Source of the DNA: Escherichia phage vB_EcoM_JNE01
DNA: 64,000 bases
Direction: 5' to 3' (one strand)
Sequence record: OR670491
Under the pieces are notes generated by a model. It did no database searches, had not been told where the DNA came from, and worked only from the letters and a program-made list of their open reading frames with translations. Shown in pieces: positions 57,956-64,000 of the stretch. Both the position numbers and the translations under genes were made by a program. The stretch's first letter is position 1, and each line of letters starts with the position of its first letter.

Positions 57956-58216
57956 ATGAGTAAAGTAATTAGCTATACAGCACTAAGCAAGACATTATCT
58001 ATTAGCCAGTGCACCGATGGTTATTGGCTATTTGATGAAACGCGTGGCATGAATTTAGCGATGCGTGCAAAAACTGCTGAGGCGGCGTATATTCAAGCAC
58101 TGGAATACTACCAGGAACGTTTAAAGGAAGTAGAAGAAGATTATAAAAGCCTCAAAGCGAAAGTAGATCATTTCGTCGGTCAATTCAACGAGGAAGACGA
58201 CGACAAACAATATTGA
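57956..58216 (+). CDS. hypothetical protein
   Basis: 86-aa ORF preceded by hairpin GGCGGG...CCCGCC and GAGGGT. Confidence 0.45.
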   Translation: MSKVISYTALSKTLSISQCTDGYWLFDETRGMNLAMRAKTAEAAYIQALEYYQERLKEVEEDYKSLKAKVDHFVGQFNEEDDDKQY

Positions 58217-58224
58217 AAAAGTAC

Positions 58225-58283
58225 TTGCAATTAGTTTTCAGTACTGTATAATGGTTTACATCAAAGGGAGAAATGGTTCTCCC
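58225..58283 (+). promoter_or_regulatory. promoter / 5' stem-loop cassette
   Basis: TTGCAA-N16-TATAAT; hairpin GGGAGAA-atgg-TTCTCCC. Confidence 0.6.
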
Positions 58284-58302
58284 TGGTAATGAGGAAAATA
58301 AA

Positions 58303-58524
58303 ATGGCTAATATCACTACTCTTTCCCAACTGGAAGCACTGGTGAAATCTATGCGGGAACATGCCGACAAAATCGGCGTACAAGATCCAGCCGTTTGCTT
58401 CTGCGACGAATTGAATGATGATACCCTGGTAATAGCAGAAGTCCAGGACGTTTCTAACTATTCCTCGCGTTACACTGGCGGCGTAGCAAATAAAGGCGAC
58501 TTCTGTTTATACCTTACAAAATAA
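58303..58524 (+). CDS. hypothetical protein
   Basis: Internal ATG (frame +30) of track ORF 58273. Confidence 0.45.
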   Translation: MANITTLSQLEALVKSMREHADKIGVQDPAVCFCDELNDDTLVIAEVQDVSNYSSRYTGGVANKGDFCLYLTK

Positions 58525-58529
58525 CAACG

Positions 58530-58559
58530 CGGGGAGATAATAACTCCCCGTTACTTTTT
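58530..58559 (+). terminator. rho-independent terminator
   Basis: CGGGGAG-ataataa-CTCCCCG followed by TTACTTTTT. Confidence 0.6.
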
Positions 58560-58692
58560 CAGTACTGAATCATTTAATAGACGGATCTCGGCACCCGGTG
58601 GGTTAGTGACTGTTTCGTCTTGATGTAGTAATTATGCCAGTACTGGATGCACTTGTCAACAACTATTTTTCAAATACTTTTTATTAAAATAC

Positions 58693-58740
58693 TTGCAATT
58701 AGTTTTTAAACGCGTATAATGTTTTGCATAGGGGGAGCGG
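58693..58740 (+). promoter_or_regulatory. promoter / 5' stem-loop cassette
   Basis: TTGCAA-N16-TATAAT; short hairpin GGGGA-gcggt-TCCCC. Confidence 0.55.
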
Positions 58741-58767
58741 TTCCCCTGGTAACTAAGGAATAATAAA

Positions 58768-59004
58768 ATGCTTGAACAAATCAAATCAACGTCTGCGAAT
58801 GTAACGGGAACGGTATCACACTTTACTAGTGATGAATCGCGTGGTGTTCCTTATTGTGCTGTACATGTAAACACTGATGGCAACTACTGGTTTACGGTTT
58901 ACGGATCATATTCATTTGGACGGCCAGGGCATCAAAAAATTCTGGATAAAGTACAACCAACGGGTAAAAATATCACTGCCGAAATGTTTTATAAAAAATC
59001 ATAA
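58768..59004 (+). CDS. hypothetical protein
   Basis: 78-aa ORF. Confidence 0.45.
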   Translation: MLEQIKSTSANVTGTVSHFTSDESRGVPYCAVHVNTDGNYWFTVYGSYSFGRPGHQKILDKVQPTGKNITAEMFYKKS

Positions 59005-59009
59005 AGTAC

Positions 59010-59069
59010 TTGCAATTAGTTTTTAGTACTGTATAATATTTTACATCGCAAGGGGAAACGGTTTCCCCT
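59010..59069 (+). promoter_or_regulatory. promoter / 5' stem-loop cassette
   Basis: TTGCAA-N16-TATAAT; hairpin AGGGGAAA-cgg-TTTCCCCT. Confidence 0.6.
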
Positions 59070-59088
59070 GGTAACTAAGGATAATCAA

Positions 59089-59388
59089 ATGAAAGTTGCA
59101 ATCATCGCCCTGGCTTTATCTGTATCGTCTTTCGCTGTTAACGCTTCCGTTGATGTACCGCGTGAAAAATTCATTCAGTGCACTGTTGCAATGACTAACG
59201 AGGAAACGGCTGAGATTGTTACCAAATCCCTGGAACTGGCCCCTGCAATGTTTGCTAATGGCCCGTACCATGAAGAAGATGATCAGGGTAGCACGACCAT
59301 CTATTACGATGCAAAAAGTAAACGCGGTTCAGTTACTGTAATGGATACTGAGAAAGTTACATTCACGGGAGTAATTAATTGTTTTTAA
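59089..59388 (+). CDS. hypothetical secreted protein
   Basis: Signal-peptide-like MKVAIIALALSVSSFAVNA. Confidence 0.5.
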   Translation: MKVAIIALALSVSSFAVNASVDVPREKFIQCTVAMTNEETAEIVTKSLELAPAMFANGPYHEEDDQGSTTIYYDAKSKRGSVTVMDTEKVTFTGVINCF

Positions 59389-59405
59389 TGAAGTACTGAA
59401 TCATA

Positions 59406-59433
59406 AGCCCACTATAAGAAGTGGGCTTTTTTT
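59406..59433 (+). terminator. rho-independent terminator
   Basis: AGCCCAC-tataagaa-GTGGGCT + T7. Confidence 0.6.
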
Positions 59434-59475
59434 ATTGTAGTACTGAATACTTTAAAAATAGTTTTGAAATAGTAG

Positions 59476-59618
59476 TTGACATTACCAGGGAAAGGCGTAG
59501 AATGTATTACATCAGGACGGGGAACACTAAGTAGACCGCCAGTAAGTCGAACGAAAAACTGGACACGACCTGGAAACTTTGATAAACTAACTTACACTTT
59601 AATTGAGGAATTAAAAAA
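59476..59618 (+). promoter_or_regulatory. promoter with long structured leader (second copy of the 56807 leader motif)
   Basis: TTGACA-N16-TAGAAT, then tacatcaggacggggaac ... cgaacgaaaaactgg, 115-nt leader before ATG. Confidence 0.45.
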
Positions 59619-60098
59619 ATGGCAAATGTAAAATCATTCTTTAAAGCACTGGTATCTTCTGACGTATCTATCGCCGCTGAATTGCTGGCTGACCTGGATA
59701 ATGATACCATGAAAGCAGTACGCAATAATTTTAATATGGCGTACAGTGCAGCAAAAGAACTGCAAGCCAAAAAGGTAGCAGAACTGGAAGCGGCAAAGGC
59801 AGAACGTGAAGCAGAACTGCAAGCAACAATCGAAAGCATCCAGGCGGCGGTAAGTGGATTGGATATCGAGATCGTAACCGATATGGCACATAAAGCCCTA
59901 GCTGCAAAATACGGTGAAGTAAAAGCGGTTAAAGAAAAGAAATGGATTCAGGACCGCGTTAACGTAGTACTTGACAACGGGGAAGAATATCTTATTCCTG
60001 TACGCGGTAACTGCATTGCCGTAGTACTGGACGCGATTAACTCCAGTGGTATGACACGCGAGGAATGGATCGAAGCTCATCGCAAAGTTGAAGCATAA
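59619..60098 (+). CDS. hypothetical protein
   Basis: 159-aa ORF, Ala/Glu/Lys-rich central segment. Confidence 0.5.
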   Translation: MANVKSFFKALVSSDVSIAAELLADLDNDTMKAVRNNFNMAYSAAKELQAKKVAELEAAKAEREAELQATIESIQAAVSGLDIEIVTDMAHKALAAKYGEVKAVKEKKWIQDRVNVVLDNGEEYLIPVRGNCIAVVLDAINSSGMTREEWIEAHRKVEA

Positions 60099-60119
60099 CA
60101 ATAAAAGTACTGAATCACT

Positions 60120-60146
60120 AGCCCACCTTAAACGGTGGGCTTTTTT
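60120..60146 (+). terminator. rho-independent terminator
   Basis: AGCCCACC-ttaaac-GGTGGGCT + T6. Confidence 0.6.
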
Positions 60147-60300
60147 GTGTTTATCGTTTACCAGGCCACCAGCACCGCCTAGAAACGATTCTAACGCATT
60201 AAACTGATTATCTGATGCATTGCCCTAGCTGGTGGCGTTAAGGCTGTAAGAACGCGATTGAGAGCGTTTAAAGTATTTTGCAAAAAGTAATAAAAAGTAC

Positions 60301-60328
60301 TTGCACGATTAAGAGATTAGCGTATAAT
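60301..60328 (+). promoter_or_regulatory. sigma70-type promoter
   Basis: TTGCAC-N16-TATAAT with A-rich upstream tract. Confidence 0.5.
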
Positions 60329-60373
60329 TAATTACATCAAGGCAAGACACCTTAACTAACTGAGGATATAAAG

Positions 60374-60526
60374 ATGAATACTTATGACCTGGATTGTTTT
60401 ACTTTACAAGTAATGTCAGTATGCAGTAAGAAAGATTGGTCATCAAAGGAATTTAAAGCAGTTATCGCGTGTGCAAAACACGGCAAGACTATCAATGAAA
60501 CGGCATCAATCATTGATAAACTTTAA
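60374..60526 (+). CDS. hypothetical 50-aa protein
   Basis: MNTYDLDCFTLQVMSVCSKKDW... after GAGGA; not in track. Confidence 0.35.
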   Translation: MNTYDLDCFTLQVMSVCSKKDWSSKEFKAVIACAKHGKTINETASIIDKL

Positions 60527-60534
60527 AAAATAGT

Positions 60535-60563
60535 TTGACAATAGTTTTAAGTACTGGCATAAT
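60535..60563 (+). promoter_or_regulatory. sigma70-type promoter (class B, CATAAT -10)
   Basis: TTGACA, 17-nt spacer ending agtactgg, CATAAT. Confidence 0.5.
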
Positions 60564-60595
60564 ACATACATCAACTACTGAATAGGAATTAAAAA

Positions 60596-60823
60596 ATGGC
60601 TATTATCATTACTCGCGTATCTGGTACTACTGGCAACGAACAAGTAGTTGCAGTCATTACCAACAAGGAAGGTGCGGAATTGCAAAATGCAATGAATACC
60701 TGGGCCGTTAATGAGTTCGGTCAGTGGGCAAGTGTAGCATACATTGAAACCTATCAAGTGCCGTCGATTAGTTTAACTGATTTGGGCGTTGAGCGTATCC
60801 TTTGCCTGGATGAATTAAATTAA
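60596..60823 (+). CDS. hypothetical protein
   Basis: 75-aa ORF. Confidence 0.45.
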   Translation: MAIIITRVSGTTGNEQVVAVITNKEGAELQNAMNTWAVNEFGQWASVAYIETYQVPSISLTDLGVERILCLDELN

Positions 60824-60831
60824 AAAAGTAC

Positions 60832-60891
60832 TTGCAAAGTAAATCGAATAAAGTATAATACATTACATCAAGGGGAGAAATGGTTCTCCCC
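60832..60891 (+). promoter_or_regulatory. promoter / 5' stem-loop cassette
   Basis: TTGCAA-N16-TATAAT; hairpin GGGGAGAA-atgg-TTCTCCCC. Confidence 0.6.
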
Positions 60892-60908
60892 ACTACAAGG
60901 AAACTAAA

Positions 60909-61052
60909 ATGAAAACTTGTCAATGTGGTCATAAATCTATTACGGGTTTTAAGCGGGGCGTTGCTCTTTGCCAGTACCATTATAATTTACAAGTATGGGG
61001 TAAAGAATGGGCCGACCAGGTGGAAGCAGCAAAGAAAGCAAAAAGTAAGTAA
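60909..61052 (+). CDS. hypothetical 47-aa Cys-rich protein
   Basis: MKTCQCGHKSITGFKRGVALCQYHY...; not in track. Confidence 0.35.
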   Translation: MKTCQCGHKSITGFKRGVALCQYHYNLQVWGKEWADQVEAAKKAKSK

Positions 61053-61070
61053 AATATTATCACAGTACTA

Positions 61071-61099
61071 TTGACATAGTTTGATAGTACTGGCATAAT
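61071..61099 (+). promoter_or_regulatory. sigma70-type promoter (class B)
   Basis: TTGACA-N17-CATAAT. Confidence 0.5.
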
Positions 61100-61140
61100 A
61101 GATTTTATCAAGACAACATATTAATTTAAGGAATACAAAA

Positions 61141-61464
61141 ATGGCTAAAACTATCATTAACACCGTTTCCCTGGCTGCAATCCGTGCAATCAATGTTGAC
61201 GGTAAACGTTGGACTGATACATATGGCAATACTTATCATTCTTGTCATGTAAGCGTTGAACTGGATAACGGTTTGAATGATCTGGCGGTTGAATCATTTA
61301 CTTATGGCTATGAAGATGCATATCAACAAACGGCGTTAGATCTATTAAAGGAATCAGTAGACGGGCTTAATACTGATGAAACCTCCCTTACTCGTTTGTG
61401 CAATGATCTTAATATCCCGTTGCATTGTACTGTACAGAATGTTAAACGCAAAAAAGATCTTTAA
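61141..61464 (+). CDS. hypothetical protein
   Basis: 107-aa ORF, AAGGAA RBS. Confidence 0.5.
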   Translation: MAKTIINTVSLAAIRAINVDGKRWTDTYGNTYHSCHVSVELDNGLNDLAVESFTYGYEDAYQQTALDLLKESVDGLNTDETSLTRLCNDLNIPLHCTVQNVKRKKDL

Positions 61465-61544
61465 TTAGCTTTACTTTATGCAGATACTTTGATATAGTGT
61501 CTGCATAGGGGAAAGAAATTAAATTAACTTAAGAGGATCGTATA

Positions 61545-61814
61545 ATGAAAAATATCAGTACTTTAATCGATACAGGTACTCATGTTCGTCGGTCTATGGT
61601 TGCAACCAGTACTACAAAACAAGTACCAAGCGGTTATCTTGTATTTGTGCACGATGGTAAACTCCTGGAACGTTCAATCAATTTTGATGTTAAAAACAAT
61701 TGCCGTTTTATTATCTTTAAGCGTGAGCAATATAAAATTGATTTACCAGCAAAGCCCATAAGCGGGGCGTACAACGTGCAATCATTGTTTGAACGTCAAC
61801 CATACACCTATTAA
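61545..61814 (+). CDS. hypothetical protein
   Basis: 89-aa ORF, AGAGGA RBS; near-palindrome ATGCAGATACT...AGTGTCTGCAT upstream. Confidence 0.45.
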   Translation: MKNISTLIDTGTHVRRSMVATSTTKQVPSGYLVFVHDGKLLERSINFDVKNNCRFIIFKREQYKIDLPAKPISGAYNVQSLFERQPYTY

Positions 61815-61865
61815 TCAAAACATCGTTAGCGGTCGATTTAGGCCGCGTATATTGGGGATTATACC

Positions 61866-62138
61866 ATGAACGTTAATCAAGTACTGAATGAGATCGAAAG
61901 CATCATTAAACCAATGAAACGCATTGATGCTATGTTAACACCGGAAGAATGCCGCCTTTATGAGCGTTACAGCGTCGAACAAGTCCAGGCAATGGCTATG
62001 GCTACCCCAGCCGTTAAACCGCCTGAGAATGCGTTACAGGACGTTACAGGGGATTATATCATCAATCCAGTACTAGGGAAGATGGCTGCAATCACCGAAG
62101 ATCAACAAGATTACTTAAGTCAGTACTTAAAAGGTTAA
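61866..62138 (+). CDS. hypothetical protein
   Basis: 90-aa ORF. Confidence 0.45.
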   Translation: MNVNQVLNEIESIIKPMKRIDAMLTPEECRLYERYSVEQVQAMAMATPAVKPPENALQDVTGDYIINPVLGKMAAITEDQQDYLSQYLKG

Positions 62139-62143
62139 TTAAT

Positions 62144-62353
62144 ATGCTTACTGTACAGGATAAGATCGACATCTTAAAGGTTAATATGTATGTGATTGAT
62201 GCAGTACCTGGTAAAGTATTTGCATACGATGACAGTACTGTAAGCGATTTCTACTATAGCCAGGACGTGGGGGATCTTTCTGTACAGTCGGTTATTGAAA
62301 ACGTAGTTAATGCAGCGTATGAGCATTTACTTTCAAATAGTACTTGCAATTAG
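62144..62353 (+). CDS. hypothetical protein
   Basis: 69-aa ORF; its last codons and stop lie inside the downstream promoter -35 (AGTACTTGCAATTAG). Confidence 0.45.
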   Translation: MLTVQDKIDILKVNMYVIDAVPGKVFAYDDSTVSDFYYSQDVGDLSVQSVIENVVNAAYEHLLSNSTCN

Positions 62354-62403
62354 TTTTTAAACGCGTATAATGTTTTACATGAAGGGGAGAAATGATTCTC
62401 CCC
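62344..62403 (+). promoter_or_regulatory. promoter / 5' stem-loop cassette
   Basis: TTGCAA-N16-TATAAT; hairpin GGGGAGAA-atga-TTCTCCCC. Confidence 0.6.
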
Positions 62404-62422
62404 ACTAATTAAGGAATATGAA

Positions 62423-62569
62423 ATGAAAGCATCAAAAAAGAGTAATACTAAGAAAGCACGTTCAACCTTAGATGGGGTATTCCCTTTACGTTTCGTTGAT
62501 GAAGTGGTGTCCTACCCGCCGGGCCTTACTCCTGAGATGGTAGAAAGTTTGCGTAAATCTAAAAAATAG
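62423..62569 (+). CDS. hypothetical 48-aa basic protein
   Basis: MKASKKSNTKKARSTLDGVFPLRF...; not in track. Confidence 0.35.
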   Translation: MKASKKSNTKKARSTLDGVFPLRFVDEVVSYPPGLTPEMVESLRKSKK

Positions 62570-62572
62570 TAC

Positions 62573-62632
62573 TTGCAATTAGTTTTTAGTACTGTATAAT
62601 AGTTTACATGAAGGGGAGAAATGATTCTCCCC
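62573..62632 (+). promoter_or_regulatory. promoter / 5' stem-loop cassette
   Basis: TTGCAA-N16-TATAAT; hairpin GGGGAGAA-atga-TTCTCCCC. Confidence 0.6.
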
Positions 62633-62650
62633 AATAACAGGAGAATCAAA

Positions 62651-62803
62651 ATGAAACAATACAACGCTCGGTTTGATGTTACTATCGGTAACGGCAAAGG
62701 TCAATTCTCTTTCAGTACTCGCAAAAGTTATACAGAAAACTTCCTGCGTAATTGTGCACTGACCGCCGCTCAAATTAAACATTACTTTCAGGCTAAAAAA
62801 TGA
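62651..62803 (+). CDS. hypothetical 50-aa protein
   Basis: Internal ATG (frame +30) of track ORF 62621, after AGGAG. Confidence 0.4.
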   Translation: MKQYNARFDVTIGNGKGQFSFSTRKSYTENFLRNCALTAAQIKHYFQAKK

Positions 62804-62889
62804 AAACATTAGCTTACTATAGTTCGGCCCTGGTCGGTGCATTGATCGCGGCGTTGTTAGTAACCTATCTATTCTTTATGGTGATTTAA
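62800..62889 (+). CDS. possible 29-aa hydrophobic micro-protein
   Basis: MKTLAYYSSALVGALIAALLVTYLFFMVI; ATGA overlap with the upstream stop. Confidence 0.25.
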   Translation: MKTLAYYSSALVGALIAALLVTYLFFMVI

Positions 62890-63033
62890 ATGAATCCAAC
62901 AGGTTTAAACTATAAAAGTTGTTCGGCGTTTACGAAAGCAAATAAAGCGAATGCACGTAAAGCGAAAGTACAAGAATACATCAAGCAAGGCATGACGCGA
63001 AAGGCGGCGATTCTAAAAGCTAAAAATAAATGA
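62890..63033 (+). CDS. hypothetical 47-aa basic protein
   Basis: MNPTGLNYKSCSAFTKANKANARKAKVQEY...; start directly after the upstream stop. Confidence 0.3.
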   Translation: MNPTGLNYKSCSAFTKANKANARKAKVQEYIKQGMTRKAAILKAKNK

Positions 63034-63040
63034 AAAAAGT

Positions 63041-63071
63041 GGTTGACTCCGGTCAGCCATTTTGCTATTAT
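63041..63071 (+). terminator. composite terminator-promoter element
   Basis: GGTTGAC-TCCG-GTCAGCC-ATTTTGC-TATTAT. Confidence 0.5.
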
Positions 63072-63175
63072 ATATTCATTGAGAGATAGCTCACTAGCCC
63101 ACAGGGTGCATAAGTGTATCTATTATATGAGTATTGAGTACTGAAAACTATTTTAAAAGTATTTGTAGAAAGTAC

Positions 63176-63234
63176 TTGCAAACTATCTCAATAAGCGTAT
63201 AATGTTTTACATCGAAAGGGGAAACGGTTTCCCC
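63176..63234 (+). promoter_or_regulatory. promoter / 5' stem-loop cassette
   Basis: TTGCAA-N16-TATAAT (63198-63203); hairpin GGGGAAAC / GTTTCCCC (63218-63234). Confidence 0.6.
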
Positions 63235-63254
63235 TGATAATAAGGAAACAAATC

Positions 63255-63596
63255 ATGACTATCTCAATTGCTCAATCTAACTTTGAAAACGAAATCATCG
63301 CCCAGGCACTGCGTTTAAATGATGGTCGGGCCGAAATTAATTACGGTTTCAATTCAGGCGGTTGTGAAAAATATCAGTACTTTGTAACGGCTGATGGCGG
63401 TGTCCTGGGTATCAATACAGTTATTGTAAACATCCAAAAAATTAATTTCAATGATCCAGACGATAGCCAGTTTTACATCACTGGCGTAGACGTGAACTAT
63501 GAGGATGACTCACTAACTGATGATCACACTGGTGAGAAGTTAGAGAGTGCATACGGTGAAGATGATTATCAGTCAGTACCGGAAGATTTTGAATAA
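63255..63596 (+). CDS. hypothetical acidic protein
   Basis: 113-aa ORF, AAGGAAA RBS. Confidence 0.5.
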   Translation: MTISIAQSNFENEIIAQALRLNDGRAEINYGFNSGGCEKYQYFVTADGGVLGINTVIVNIQKINFNDPDDSQFYITGVDVNYEDDSLTDDHTGEKLESAYGEDDYQSVPEDFE

Positions 63597-63611
63597 TATT
63601 AAAAAAATAGT

Positions 63612-63671
63612 TTGACAATAGATTATAGTACTGTATAATAGTTTACATCAAGGGGAGAAAAACTTCTCCCC
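63612..63671 (+). promoter_or_regulatory. promoter / 5' stem-loop cassette
   Basis: TTGACA-N16-TATAAT; hairpin GGGGAGAA-aaac-TTCTCCCC. Confidence 0.6.
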
Positions 63672-63693
63672 ACTAACAGAGAGAGAAAACAAA

Positions 63694-63906
63694 ATGGCTA
63701 ATATCTGCACTGTACTGAAAAATGCAAAACAAGTTTTATTTTCTGATCACGATCATTTAAACAAGGATATTACTGGCGTTCGGAATATCAAAGATGTAAA
63801 AAGTGTTATGGGTATCTATTGCAATATGAAACGTGTTGGAACGTTCGGCGACAAAGTACTATACCAGGCAGGGGATTACAATTTTACACTGACTATCATT
63901 AACTAA
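63694..63906 (+). CDS. hypothetical protein
   Basis: 70-aa ORF. Confidence 0.45.
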   Translation: MANICTVLKNAKQVLFSDHDHLNKDITGVRNIKDVKSVMGIYCNMKRVGTFGDKVLYQAGDYNFTLTIIN

Positions 63907-63934
63907 AAATATATTACCAGTACTATTAAATCTA

Positions 63935-63963
63935 TTGACAACGTTTGATAGTACTGACATAAT
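63935..63963 (+). promoter_or_regulatory. sigma70-type promoter (class B); gene continues beyond window
   Basis: TTGACA-N17-CATAAT, then acatcaactacactactaaggaattaaaaaat at the window edge. Confidence 0.45.
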
Positions 63964-64000
63964 AACTTTTATCAACTACACTACTAAGGAATTAAAAAAT

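Noticed and set aside
55080-63963. Regularly repeated ~60-bp units with intervening unique sequence could be mistaken for a CRISPR array
   Set aside because: The repeats are promoters plus hairpins of variable sequence, the intervening segments are 150-600-bp protein-coding ORFs of irregular length, and there is no constant direct repeat.

Overview
This window reads as part of a large lytic dsDNA phage genome from a Gram-negative host. It is AT-rich (roughly one-third G+C by eye), densely packed with small, often overlapping ORFs that have Shine-Dalgarno sites, sigma70-type promoters (TTGACA-N16/17-TATAAT) and rho-independent terminators. Nothing was computed or searched; all calls rest on reading the sequence and the ORF track, and most ORFs have no recognisable function. 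Recognisable genes: a T4 endonuclease V (DenV) homologue (30207-30722), a sigma-70 family factor (9958-10920), a P-loop NTPase (32819-33592) and an AT-rich ORF with a Vsr/DUF559-like nuclease motif (31326-32750). The most striking content is a pair of back-to-back tandem gene arrays: nine diverged RCC1-like beta-propeller paralogs on the minus strand (37697-48965, one frameshifted), and about 16 small ORFs of ~60 aa on the plus strand (49067-53022) whose conserved ends sit on AGTACT-containing junctions. This is my best candidate for an undescribed diversification or host-interaction locus. Downstream lies a ~2-kb repeat-rich non-coding region (53.0-55.1 kb), then a higher-G+C block (55.1-64 kb) of promoter/5' stem-loop/RBS/small-ORF cassettes with covarying stems. 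Other recurring elements are composite terminator-promoter hairpins (GGGTTGAC-UUCG-GTCAGCCC-T5-gc-TATAAT), an apparently over-represented AGTACT palindrome, clustered Chi octamers in non-coding DNA, and two tandem families of small membrane proteins.
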